DNA of 64,000 nucleotides from the sequence record MK774614.2; one strand, written 5' to 3'. The notes beneath the pieces are model-generated. The model was not told where the DNA came from. It saw only the letters and a program-made list of their open reading frames with translations, and did not search any database. Positions within the stretch are counted from its first letter, which is position 1. Each line of letters begins with the position of its first letter. Of the stretch, positions 56,077 through 64,000 are shown piece after piece. A program made the position numbers and the translations under genes.

Positions 56077-56496
56077 ATGAATATGAGACTATTTGGTTGT
56101 CAAGAACGTGTTTGCGGAAGAGATCGCCAAGTCTTTATCTCTAAAGACATCGTGATCAAACTTCCAGTGGTTGACAGTTGGATTGCCTTTGTAAGAGGGC
56201 TTGCGTCTAACCTAAAAGAGCATGAAACTATTTCTATGTACAAAGGAAAGTTTCCTAACCATGTTCCAGAAATTAAATGGATGGGGTTTGGTGGATTAGT
56301 TCTTGTAATGGAACGTTACCAAGAAGTCCTGGATGATCCAGCCCATCGAAGACGCTTTTATCAACATTTGGAAAGAGTAAGGGAGCGGGATCTGGCCGAA
56401 TGGAATTTTGTTTGGGATGGTGATAACAAGGTATTTAACTACGCCTGGGATAAATACGGGCGATTGGTCAAAATTGATTTAGGTATTTACTATTAA
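56077..56496 (+). CDS. Minimal protein-kinase-like protein
   Basis: GRDRQV (Gly-loop), VIKLP (Lys), NLKE (alphaC Glu), LVMER (hinge), DNKVFN (catalytic loop), KIDLG (DFG-like). Confidence 0.65.
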   Translation: MNMRLFGCQERVCGRDRQVFISKDIVIKLPVVDSWIAFVRGLASNLKEHETISMYKGKFPNHVPEIKWMGFGGLVLVMERYQEVLDDPAHRRRFYQHLERVRERDLAEWNFVWDGDNKVFNYAWDKYGRLVKIDLGIYY

Positions 56497-56879
56497 TGGA
56501 GATTAAAATTATGGGTATTCAAGAACAGATCCTCCCAGTGTTAATTAACACTGTTAATGATTTAATTAATGTACTTGAAAAAGTCGTTAATAAAGAAACT
56601 ATCGTTGATTCTCTTCGTATTGATCCCCAGTGTTCTCGACTTACAACGTTCAATCTATCAACGGGAGAACTCGTTACAGAACAAGTTCCTGTGATTTATG
56701 AAGAATATGAAATAATCGATATCGATTTTGTTCTGTCTGAAACCCTAACGGTAGGAAAATTAATTTGGATCCTTCAGCAAGTCCCAAAAGAAACCTTTAT
56801 TTACAGCATTAGACTAAAGGCCGCTTCAAATGGAGTTTATGTTGCAATCGATACAAATGGTTTAGTTATCTGCGATTAA
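56496..56879 (+). CDS. Hypothetical protein
   Basis: 127 aa, start overlaps the kinase stop (TAATG). Confidence 0.58.
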   Translation: MEIKIMGIQEQILPVLINTVNDLINVLEKVVNKETIVDSLRIDPQCSRLTTFNLSTGELVTEQVPVIYEEYEIIDIDFVLSETLTVGKLIWILQQVPKETFIYSIRLKAASNGVYVAIDTNGLVICD

Positions 56880-56889
56880 GGAAAACTTT

Positions 56890-57381
56890 ATGTCTGTTGA
56901 ATTTTATTTAGATCTTCTTCGTAAAGTTTATGCTATCGAGGAAACCAGAATTCCTAATTACTCAAAAGGTAAATTTTACTCGCGTATTTTGGAGCTCTCT
57001 GGAACCCATCCTGATAATGATCATTTCATGGTCCCTGATATGTTAAAGGTCATGTTAGGGATTAACCACGGTGACTTAACCCATCTACTCAAAGATGAAA
57101 TCAGTTATATGAAAACCAACATGATTTTGCAATTTGGCTTTATTGCAAAACGTGTATCGGATACTACCAAAGGTCGAATCAAAGTTTATAACTGGGAACA
57201 TTATCAAGAACGGTATATTGATGGGCTTGAAATAAAGATTACCACCGCAGAAGAAATGCGGATGCTGGTTCATGCGTTGGTTGTATTTTGGAAAGAAGAA
57301 GTTCCCTACATAAACATCAAGGGAGATTTCACGTCACCTGATCCTAAGAAGTTTGATCTTCAATCATTAAAGGGATGGTAA
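56890..57381 (+). CDS. Hypothetical protein
   Basis: 163 aa, AAGGA RBS. Confidence 0.62.
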   Translation: MSVEFYLDLLRKVYAIEETRIPNYSKGKFYSRILELSGTHPDNDHFMVPDMLKVMLGINHGDLTHLLKDEISYMKTNMILQFGFIAKRVSDTTKGRIKVYNWEHYQERYIDGLEIKITTAEEMRMLVHALVVFWKEEVPYINIKGDFTSPDPKKFDLQSLKGW

Positions 57382-57382
57382 A

Positions 57383-57901
57383 ATGAATGACAGTCAATAT
57401 ATCAAAGGACTTTGGGAAGAGTCCCCTGAAATTGTCGAACAGGCTAAAAAATCATTGAGTGAATTTATCGAGAGACTGGGTCCGCCAGTTGATCAAGATG
57501 AACTCTTTGGAAACTTCATTGATCCGGCTAAACGAAAATCTGGTCCAATTGTCTTTCAGGGAGTAAAACCTGATTTGGTTCGCAGCGTTGCCATGGAGTG
57601 TCATCATTCCGTGGACCCTGCATTTAATAATCTTGGTGCGCAACACTTGGGGATTGAAGCACCTATCGTAGTAACAGGCGGCAGTCAATTCCGGGGAAGG
57701 GGTCTTTTGTTCTCGGTGGTTGATAACACTTGTAATAAAGATGTGTTATTTACGCTACGCAAAGAGGGCCATAAACCGCTAGTCAACGTACAGCGTCACA
57801 TAGATGAACAAAAATATTGGAACCCTGTAGAAAAACAGATCTCAAAAGCCCCATCCTGTTTTATCGATGACAAATACATTTACCGTAAAGGACGAAAGTA
57901 A
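57383..57901 (+). CDS. Hypothetical protein
   Basis: 172 aa, stop coupled to the thyA start. Confidence 0.6.
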   Translation: MNDSQYIKGLWEESPEIVEQAKKSLSEFIERLGPPVDQDELFGNFIDPAKRKSGPIVFQGVKPDLVRSVAMECHHSVDPAFNNLGAQHLGIEAPIVVTGGSQFRGRGLLFSVVDNTCNKDVLFTLRKEGHKPLVNVQRHIDEQKYWNPVEKQISKAPSCFIDDKYIYRKGRK

Positions 57902-58917
57902 TGGAACAACCTATTCGTAACACATTTGAAAACTGGTACATCGAGGCTCTCAAGAGTCTATTGGGCGGTGTGAATAAAGACGATCGAACAGGAACCGGAA
58001 CAATCTCCACCACGTTCATGTCGCATAAGTATGACTTGCGAGATGGTTACCCAACGATGTACAGCCGTTTTCTAAAGCCAGAAAACCCTGCTAAGGAAAT
58101 GATCTGGATGTTGTCTGGATCTAAAAATGTAAAAGATCTGCAAGCACTAGGGGTTCCATTTTGGAATGCGTTTGCAGATGAGAGCGGTGACCTTGGTCCG
58201 ATCTATGGATACCTGTGGCGTAACTGGCCTAATCCGGATGGGAGTGTAACTGACCAGATTAAATACGTTCAGGAAGCACTTAAATCCAATCCTAGTTCGC
58301 GCCGGATGGTAGTTAGTTGCTGGAATCCATCCTTTATCCCCGATCCTAAGCGTCCTCCTAAGGAAAACTACAAGTTTGGACATTCTAGTCTGACAGCCTG
58401 TCATTATGCCTGGCAAGTGGTTTGTCAGCCAATGACGATTATGGAGCGTGTTCAACATGCGGTGACAAGTTTCTCTCTTCCGGATGAATTTGTCGATAAC
58501 CCGATCAAATTGATCACCCATCCTAACGGGGATGTGATACTGGACCAAGCAAATATCCCACGTTATTTCTTGGATCTGAAATTTGATATGCGTAGCAATG
58601 ATTTTGTTCTGGGCAATCCAGCTAACTGGGGAATGTACGCATTCCTAGCAGAGCTGCTTGCTTTTGAAAATAACATGGTGGCACGGTATCTGTGTTATGG
58701 CGGCATGGATGTCCATGTGTATCAAAATCATCTGCTGGGAGTACAACAACAGCTTAATTACTTTGAAGCTAATAAAGAACATGTCTTAGCGCAGCGAACA
58801 GACATTATCTTTAATAAGGGGACGACGCTCGATAACGTTACTCCGGAGAGCTTTAAATTCATCGGATACGCAAGAGAAGTGGCGGGTCCTGCTATCAAAT
58901 TCCCCATTGCAGTTTAA
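57901..58917 (+). CDS. thyA: Thymidylate synthase
   Basis: DRTGTGT, EMIWMLSG, LGPIYG, SRRMVV..WN, catalytic LTACH, MRSND, GNPAN, DVHVYQNH. Confidence 0.92.
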   Translation: MEQPIRNTFENWYIEALKSLLGGVNKDDRTGTGTISTTFMSHKYDLRDGYPTMYSRFLKPENPAKEMIWMLSGSKNVKDLQALGVPFWNAFADESGDLGPIYGYLWRNWPNPDGSVTDQIKYVQEALKSNPSSRRMVVSCWNPSFIPDPKRPPKENYKFGHSSLTACHYAWQVVCQPMTIMERVQHAVTSFSLPDEFVDNPIKLITHPNGDVILDQANIPRYFLDLKFDMRSNDFVLGNPANWGMYAFLAELLAFENNMVARYLCYGGMDVHVYQNHLLGVQQQLNYFEANKEHVLAQRTDIIFNKGTTLDNVTPESFKFIGYAREVAGPAIKFPIAV

Positions 58918-58927
58918 GGTCTCTTAA

Positions 58928-59464
58928 ATGAAAGACACAAAATCATTGGAAATAGAACGCAAATGGATGGTCACGTGTTTCCCAAAATTTGACACTGTGT
59001 TTTATCCAGTTTCTGTTCTTCAAATTACACAATTTTATAATGAGAAAAACGAACGTTTCAGAGAAACTATTAGTCCTGATGATAAAGTTGTTTATAAAAG
59101 AACCGTCAAGCAAGGTGAAGGACTGGTCCGGGAAGAGGTAGAAGAAACCATTTCCCTTGAAAAATATCTGGATGCGTTTAATAAACTTGGTAACAATACA
59201 CCGATTCTTAAAACAAGATATAAAATACCCTTTGGAGATTTTGTTATAGAACTGGATGAGTTTGATACAGGAGAGTTATACGCCGAGATAGAATTTAGTT
59301 CCGAGGAACAGGCAAGAAGTTTGGTTGTTCTCCCAGATTGGTTTGGGGAGGAAGTCACGGAACAAAAGGGACATGACAATTTTTCTATTTTTAAACAAAA
59401 GCAACTCCAGCGAATATCGGGGAAGTGTCAATGTTATTCTTGCAAACAGGCTGGTAAAACATGA
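58928..59464 (+). CDS. CYTH / triphosphate-tunnel metalloenzyme
   Basis: EIERKW, RFRE, REEVE, KTRY, IELD, YAEIEF, WFGEEVT. Confidence 0.85.
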   Translation: MKDTKSLEIERKWMVTCFPKFDTVFYPVSVLQITQFYNEKNERFRETISPDDKVVYKRTVKQGEGLVREEVEETISLEKYLDAFNKLGNNTPILKTRYKIPFGDFVIELDEFDTGELYAEIEFSSEEQARSLVVLPDWFGEEVTEQKGHDNFSIFKQKQLQRISGKCQCYSCKQAGKT

Positions 59465-59580
59465 AGTGGTTGATTCTCCTTTATTTGGCTTTTAATCTGG
59501 TTATGGGATTTTGGTTTTACTCTATTTTCAAGAGTAAAGATACTAAGGTCCCTAAACGTAGAACCTTTAAAGAAGGCTAA
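59461..59580 (+). CDS. Small membrane protein (39 aa)
   Basis: MKWLILLYLAFNLVMGFWFYSIFKSKDTKVPKRRTFKEG. ATGA overlap with the CYTH stop. Confidence 0.5.
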   Translation: MKWLILLYLAFNLVMGFWFYSIFKSKDTKVPKRRTFKEG

Positions 59581-59633
59581 TAATTACAATAAGGGGAGGG
59601 ACTCTCCCCTATTTTATTTATGGGATAAATGGA

Positions 59634-60023
59634 ATGACTAAAATACCAGATGCGCTGTTCTTTGGAACCAACAGTGTTTTTGATTTTGTTTATTTAACCA
59701 GCCTGGTGAATGCCAGTGCTATTGAAAACTGTTTTCATCAAACAACTATTTTAGGGAAGAAAATTAAGTTTCAAGTAACCAAGATCCAGAACACTGTTTT
59801 AATCGGTGGATCTATTGGAACACGAACAGTTCTGATCACCAATATGAATGGACTGTGGTTGATCTATTACAACGATCACTATAACTTTGAAGGATGTGAT
59901 ATTGCGTTCATGAGACGTTTTATTTCATCTCCGGAAACTGTTGTAAAACAATTTGATATCAAACGACGCGATCTTTTTGATCAAGTCTGCGAGACACTTG
60001 TCCGCACTGCTGGACGTCAATAA
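59634..60023 (+). CDS. Hypothetical protein
   Basis: 129 aa, after a hairpin at 59592-59610. Confidence 0.58.
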   Translation: MTKIPDALFFGTNSVFDFVYLTSLVNASAIENCFHQTTILGKKIKFQVTKIQNTVLIGGSIGTRTVLITNMNGLWLIYYNDHYNFEGCDIAFMRRFISSPETVVKQFDIKRRDLFDQVCETLVRTAGRQ

Positions 60024-60039
60024 CTTAGGAGCAACCAAC

Positions 60040-60327
60040 ATGGACTATTTCTTGGAACAACTTTATCTCTTCTTCATTGTCAATTGGGATACTCCCGTTC
60101 TTTTTGCTGTACTTTACCTGATTGTTTGTTATGTCCATTATGTCTATGAAGTCAGGGCAGAAGCAAAACTGATTTACCATACCTGGAATAAAACAGCACT
60201 TAAGGCAATGATCCCGACTCATTGGGAGTGTATCAAGCGTTCTGTTCCTCGTATCTTGCTTGAACTCCCATTTGGAATAATGGGTGTGTTTTTCATGTAC
60301 TTGGCATTTGATTATTTCTTTAAATGA
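60040..60327 (+). CDS. Membrane protein
   Basis: AGGAG RBS before ATG 60040, two hydrophobic segments. Confidence 0.6.
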   Translation: MDYFLEQLYLFFIVNWDTPVLFAVLYLIVCYVHYVYEVRAEAKLIYHTWNKTALKAMIPTHWECIKRSVPRILLELPFGIMGVFFMYLAFDYFFK

Positions 60328-60527
60328 ACGTCACTTTTATCCCATTGTGTTTGGTCATCATCACAGTTGTTGTTTTTGCTATATGGACTTACCGATCTCG
60401 GTTAAAAACAGAACAATGCAAGATTAGTGATCATTTTCTAATCATGATCTTAGTCAGTGCTGTGCTAGGAAGTGGTTGGATGGGGGCATTGATTGTGGTG
60501 TTTATTAAACAAATGAAATTCACTTAA
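60324..60527 (+). CDS. Small two-TM membrane protein
   Basis: 67 aa, two hydrophobic segments, ATGA overlap. Confidence 0.58.
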   Translation: MNVTFIPLCLVIITVVVFAIWTYRSRLKTEQCKISDHFLIMILVSAVLGSGWMGALIVVFIKQMKFT

Positions 60528-60593
60528 CTATCACTGATGGGAGAATACTGCGTTGGCAGTATTCTCTCTTTGTTATTTATAAGGAAAGACCCC

Positions 60594-61226
60594 ATGACGG
60601 AATTTGAAGAAATTGATCCAATTGCATCTTTAACAATGATAAAGGTTTTTTACGAAGAAGTATTTGGGTTTAAAAACGATTTAAAGAAATCCCTTTCTCG
60701 TAATTTCGTAAAGGATCTAAATAATCGTATTAACTCATTACAATGTAATATTCAGCCGCTTGCTTTTGAAATCGATCCCGAGAGTCAATTGATCTGTATT
60801 GGACAATTCCATCATCGTGCAAGTTTGAAATTAGAGAAGATTACCGGATGCACCATCCCTGGTTCTATTTGCGATTACATCATTAACAATCCGGTCAAAT
60901 ACTTTCCTCCTTTATTTGCCGCAATTAAAGCAGCTGAAAAGCTGGTTCCCCAATTTGTCCAAGCAACGCGCGAAGAGGAAGTCGGGATTAGTTCTATTAG
61001 AGGGAGTTTAGAATTTCTTCCATCTGAATGGGAGGGATCCGTTTATTTTATCAATTTCCCAGATACGTCCCCTGAGATGGTCGGTGGATATCTTATCCAC
61101 AATAAAACTTTGAATGGCTTTACGTTGGAATGGAAAATTGTAGACAGTCATAAAGACACCGAAGTTTCTCACAACTGTATTAATAAATTTGTTGAAACCC
61201 TAAATAGTCAAAAGAAAGGTATTTAA
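60594..61226 (+). CDS. Hypothetical protein
   Basis: AAGGA RBS before ATG 60594 (track start 60537). Confidence 0.6.
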   Translation: MTEFEEIDPIASLTMIKVFYEEVFGFKNDLKKSLSRNFVKDLNNRINSLQCNIQPLAFEIDPESQLICIGQFHHRASLKLEKITGCTIPGSICDYIINNPVKYFPPLFAAIKAAEKLVPQFVQATREEEVGISSIRGSLEFLPSEWEGSVYFINFPDTSPEMVGGYLIHNKTLNGFTLEWKIVDSHKDTEVSHNCINKFVETLNSQKKGI

Positions 61227-61228
61227 TA

Positions 61229-61870
61229 ATGTCCCATGTTATTTTAGCGCTAGATTATGATGACACCCTGTGCAAAACAGGCGCCTATATTAATGAACAG
61301 ATCAAATACTTCTTCTGGCAACAGGGGATGGAAAAAGAACATCAGTTTATTTTGGATAATGAAGACAAAATGTCCACTATGCATTATCCGGAGTTTATTA
61401 AGAAACACGTCAATGAACAGGTCATTGGTCCGGGACTTTATATGCTCCAGGCTAAACCAACACCCTTGGCGACACGTGGGATCATGCGGGTATTGCAAGA
61501 TTTCAAACAACGTTATCCCACACACCTCAAAATTGTAGGTTGTACTCACCGAGGCTTTCATAAAGACGGAGAACGTTTTACACGAGCTTGGTTGAAGACA
61601 ATGATGATCGACCACATGTTTGACGATCTTCATATGCTCGACAGTAAAAACGATCCAAATAAAGTTGAGTTCCTTAAACAAACTTATCCGGATGCCCAAA
61701 TTGTGCTTGTTGATGATAACCCGCTTCATGATCATGATAAAATCCATCCCAAAATGGATGAGTTGGTTATTTATGACCGTGAAAATAAATACGAGGGTTA
61801 TAAACATCAACAAACCTACGACAGTATCCATGGGTTGATCCGAATCTTGGAATCCAAGCTGGTTTACTAA
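61229..61870 (+). CDS. HAD-superfamily phosphatase (5'(3')-deoxyribonucleotidase-like)
   Basis: Motif I LALDYDDTL, motif II CTHR, motif III Lys (KVEFLK), motif IV LVDDN. Confidence 0.8.
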   Translation: MSHVILALDYDDTLCKTGAYINEQIKYFFWQQGMEKEHQFILDNEDKMSTMHYPEFIKKHVNEQVIGPGLYMLQAKPTPLATRGIMRVLQDFKQRYPTHLKIVGCTHRGFHKDGERFTRAWLKTMMIDHMFDDLHMLDSKNDPNKVEFLKQTYPDAQIVLVDDNPLHDHDKIHPKMDELVIYDRENKYEGYKHQQTYDSIHGLIRILESKLVY

Positions 61871-61884
61871 AAAAGGATTAAGTA

Positions 61885-62508
61885 ATGAGCACAACAGAGT
61901 GTAGGAAGTTAAATCACTCAACTTTTATTACTGGGGTTTGGTTTAACTATAACGGATGGCGTTTTAAGACCAATTATGATGTTAAGTTAAAGACCGGTGA
62001 AATCATTAAAAATATGTACCCGAATGGGAACAGTTGGAGTGGATCTGGCCGGCACGTTAATGATGATGAGGTTGAGCAAATTCGCTCTATCCCGGATAAT
62101 GAAGTTCACCAATATCATTATACCGGTAAATCTCGCATGGAAAGAGATCTTCGTTACTTTGGTTACGATATTCCTTGCTGGCTAGAAGGTGAACAGCGGT
62201 TTGTCAGACCGGAGATGTTACCAGAAGGGACGTACATTAAACCAACGCAACGCGCAATTTGGTTTGCATGTAAGACCAAGGAAGGGGATGGAAAAGAAAC
62301 CTTTGAACCCGTTGTTTTATTGGTTGCTGGAGTGTTAACTCAAGAAAAACCGATTAATACAGATTCGTTTTTGCTTTCCTTGTTAAAGGAAGGGAAAGAA
62401 AAGGATCGCCTCATCACCCATGAGGAACTTCAAGAACGAATTCGTGCTTATGGGATTTGCCCAACCGGTCATGAACAATGGTATAAAGATTTAGCAAAAG
62501 GGAATTAA
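61885..62508 (+). CDS. Hypothetical protein
   Basis: 207 aa, AAGGA RBS. Confidence 0.62.
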   Translation: MSTTECRKLNHSTFITGVWFNYNGWRFKTNYDVKLKTGEIIKNMYPNGNSWSGSGRHVNDDEVEQIRSIPDNEVHQYHYTGKSRMERDLRYFGYDIPCWLEGEQRFVRPEMLPEGTYIKPTQRAIWFACKTKEGDGKETFEPVVLLVAGVLTQEKPINTDSFLLSLLKEGKEKDRLITHEELQERIRAYGICPTGHEQWYKDLAKGN

Positions 62509-62510
62509 TA

Positions 62511-63017
62511 ATGAACGATTACAGTTTCTTTTGGATGGATTATAACAGCGCTATTGAAAATCTAACTCCCGAAGAAGGAAACAAGATCATTGAGTGGTGT
62601 AATGCGCTGATCACTCATGAATGTCAATTCCGGACATTTCCCTATGAACAAGAGGGAAATAAAAATCCCCGGTTTATTACCGGCCCTCAAGATCTCTTTA
62701 CTGTAGGGTGGGAAAATGCCGGTGTCTATTTGGCAGTCCTTAAATACAAAGGGGAAATTGTCAGTGTGGCGCGCTTGACCTACGGGGTGAATGACTACGC
62801 AACCGAATTGATCTTGACGTTTGTGATGACTAATCCGGATTACCGTAAACAAGGTCATGCTAAAGAGTTGATGGAACGGATCAAGGAAGGAGCTAAGGTG
62901 CGTAACTTCACATTCCTTTCTCTGTGCTATGATGGCCGTAATCACGATGCGGTAGAGTTTTATCGTAAAACAGGCTGGATCACAGGACAAGTTAACGCAG
63001 GGAAATTCATTCAATGA
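62511..63017 (+). CDS. GNAT-family N-acetyltransferase
   Basis: Motif A VMTNPDYRKQGHAKELM, motif B NHDAVEFYRKTGW. Confidence 0.88.
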   Translation: MNDYSFFWMDYNSAIENLTPEEGNKIIEWCNALITHECQFRTFPYEQEGNKNPRFITGPQDLFTVGWENAGVYLAVLKYKGEIVSVARLTYGVNDYATELILTFVMTNPDYRKQGHAKELMERIKEGAKVRNFTFLSLCYDGRNHDAVEFYRKTGWITGQVNAGKFIQ

Positions 63018-63571
63018 CACAACCCATTATCAGTGCCATTTTTGCCATTGATTGTTATGGCGGAATGGGATATGAAAACAAACTTCCATGGTCACCGATA
63101 AAAGAAGACTTTGCTTGGTTTAAACAACACACCATGAACAAAGTGGTGGTGATGGGATATAAAACGTGGGATTCTCTTCCAGTAAGACCGCTCATGAATA
63201 GAACTAATGTCGTATTGAGTAATCGGATAGATACGATTGAAGGCGCGGTAGTTTGTAAGAGTTTTGCAGATGTGATTGCGAAGTACCCCAATGAAAAAGA
63301 GATCGTGATCATTGGGGGTGCTGAAACGATCAGGACACTTCGTGACCACATTAGTCGTGTCTATGTCACTACGGTTAATACGGTCAACTTAGCTGATCTA
63401 CTAGTAGAAGGAAACTGGGAGGAATGGGATCTTCGTTATCATGATGAGTTCACCTCTGAACGGTGTACGTTTGACATCTGGGAAATGATAGACGATTCCC
63501 CCAGTTTAGCCTTTTACACGAAAGGCGGACTAAAGCCTGAACGTAAAGAGCTGATGGCAAAACAAGATTAA
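63014..63571 (+). CDS. folA: Dihydrofolate reductase
   Basis: GMGYENKLPW, EDFAWFK, VVMGYKTWDSLP.RPL.NR.NVVLS, IIGGAE. Confidence 0.93.
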   Translation: MTQPIISAIFAIDCYGGMGYENKLPWSPIKEDFAWFKQHTMNKVVVMGYKTWDSLPVRPLMNRTNVVLSNRIDTIEGAVVCKSFADVIAKYPNEKEIVIIGGAETIRTLRDHISRVYVTTVNTVNLADLLVEGNWEEWDLRYHDEFTSERCTFDIWEMIDDSPSLAFYTKGGLKPERKELMAKQD

Positions 63572-63578
63572 TGCATCT

Positions 63579-63610
63579 ATCCTAGCTGGAAACGGCTAGG
63601 ATTTTTATTT
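63579..63610 (+). terminator. Intrinsic terminator
   Basis: atcctagctg-gaaa-cggctaggat plus T tail. Confidence 0.78.
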
Positions 63611-63613
63611 GTT

Positions 63614-63651
63614 TCTATAATTTTTGAAACAGATATTATTGATGTGTAAGA
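63614..63651 (+). promoter_or_regulatory. Phage promoter-like motif, copy 7
   Basis: Exact 38-nt copy of 30122-30159. Confidence 0.8.
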
Positions 63652-63680
63652 TTAGAAATAATATAAAGGAATAAACCATT

Positions 63681-63947
63681 ATGCCTGAATATGTTTATTG
63701 GATAATTGCGGCGCTAGTTGTATTACTCTATCTCTTCATTGGGTTAGTTTGTTTCGGTAGTTTTGGTTGGGTTATCGGAAGACCTCATCGCTATTCTAAA
63801 CGGGATAAACTGATTGGGGGACTTTGGGACTGGTCTGTTATTCTACTTTGGCCACTTTGGTTAATTACAATAATCGGGTGGACTGTATGGTTAATCGCTG
63901 AACACTGCTGGGTTGTATTTAAACGTAAATGGGGAAAGAACAAATGA
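63681..63947 (+). CDS. Small membrane protein
   Basis: 88 aa, two Trp-rich hydrophobic segments, AAGGAATAAAC RBS. Confidence 0.62.
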   Translation: MPEYVYWIIAALVVLLYLFIGLVCFGSFGWVIGRPHRYSKRDKLIGGLWDWSVILLWPLWLITIIGWTVWLIAEHCWVVFKRKWGKNK

Positions 63948-64000
63948 GCGAGCAAGAACAACAAGCGCCGGAAACACCTAAAGGCCAAATCAATAGTCTC
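63944..64000 (+). CDS. Partial CDS running off the window
   Basis: ATGA overlap with the previous stop. MSEQEQQAPETPKGQINSL, open to the end of the window. Confidence 0.4.
   Translation, partial: MSEQEQQAPETPKGQINSL

Noticed and set aside
1-64000. tRNA, rRNA or CRISPR array
   Set aside because: No cloverleaf and no regularly spaced direct repeats were seen by eye. The GGTTCGAATC-like string near 49714 lies inside a CDS without flanking tRNA arms. A tRNAscan run would be the proper test.
1-64000. Stop-codon recoding
   Set aside because: The standard code gives dense, full-length genes with intact conserved motifs, and TAA, TAG and TGA all end real genes.
1-64000. Naming the phage genus or host, or asserting a nucleus-forming lifestyle
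   Set aside because: No chimallin, PhuZ, RNAP or capsid gene lies in this window, so only phiKZ-relatedness and a Gram-negative host can be inferred.

Overview
The window is a 64-kb segment of a lytic phiKZ-related jumbo myophage infecting a Gram-negative host. The phage assignment rests on the gene set and order: RuvC, a paralogous tail-fibre array, central spike, SbcC ATPase, a gp144-like lytic transglycosylase, NAD-dependent ligase, RNase H, a protease-processed head protein, ThyA and DHFR. The Gram-negative host is inferred from the spanins. No nuclear-shell or RNA polymerase gene lies in the window, so family membership is inferred. Bases 1-20.3 kb hold a baseplate/tail/lysis block. Bases 20.4-29.6 kb hold DNA-metabolism genes plus one head-protein gene. 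Bases 29.7-64 kb hold + strand operons of small genes headed by a conserved (G/T)ATATTA(T/C) promoter-like motif, interrupted by two tailspike genes and two - strand genes sharing an N-terminal domain, and ending in a nucleotide-metabolism cluster. The main unexplained signals are: (1) a 23-residue NNxWPxxDGxxDP peptide present three times at termini or in an apparent loop of two neighbouring tail-fibre proteins; (2) two tailspikes sharing a temperate-phage-type anchor; (3) a 139-aa minimal protein kinase next to an N-terminal-Thr (Ntn) hydrolase; (4) a seven-copy promoter family. All assignments come from motif reading by eye; no searches were run.
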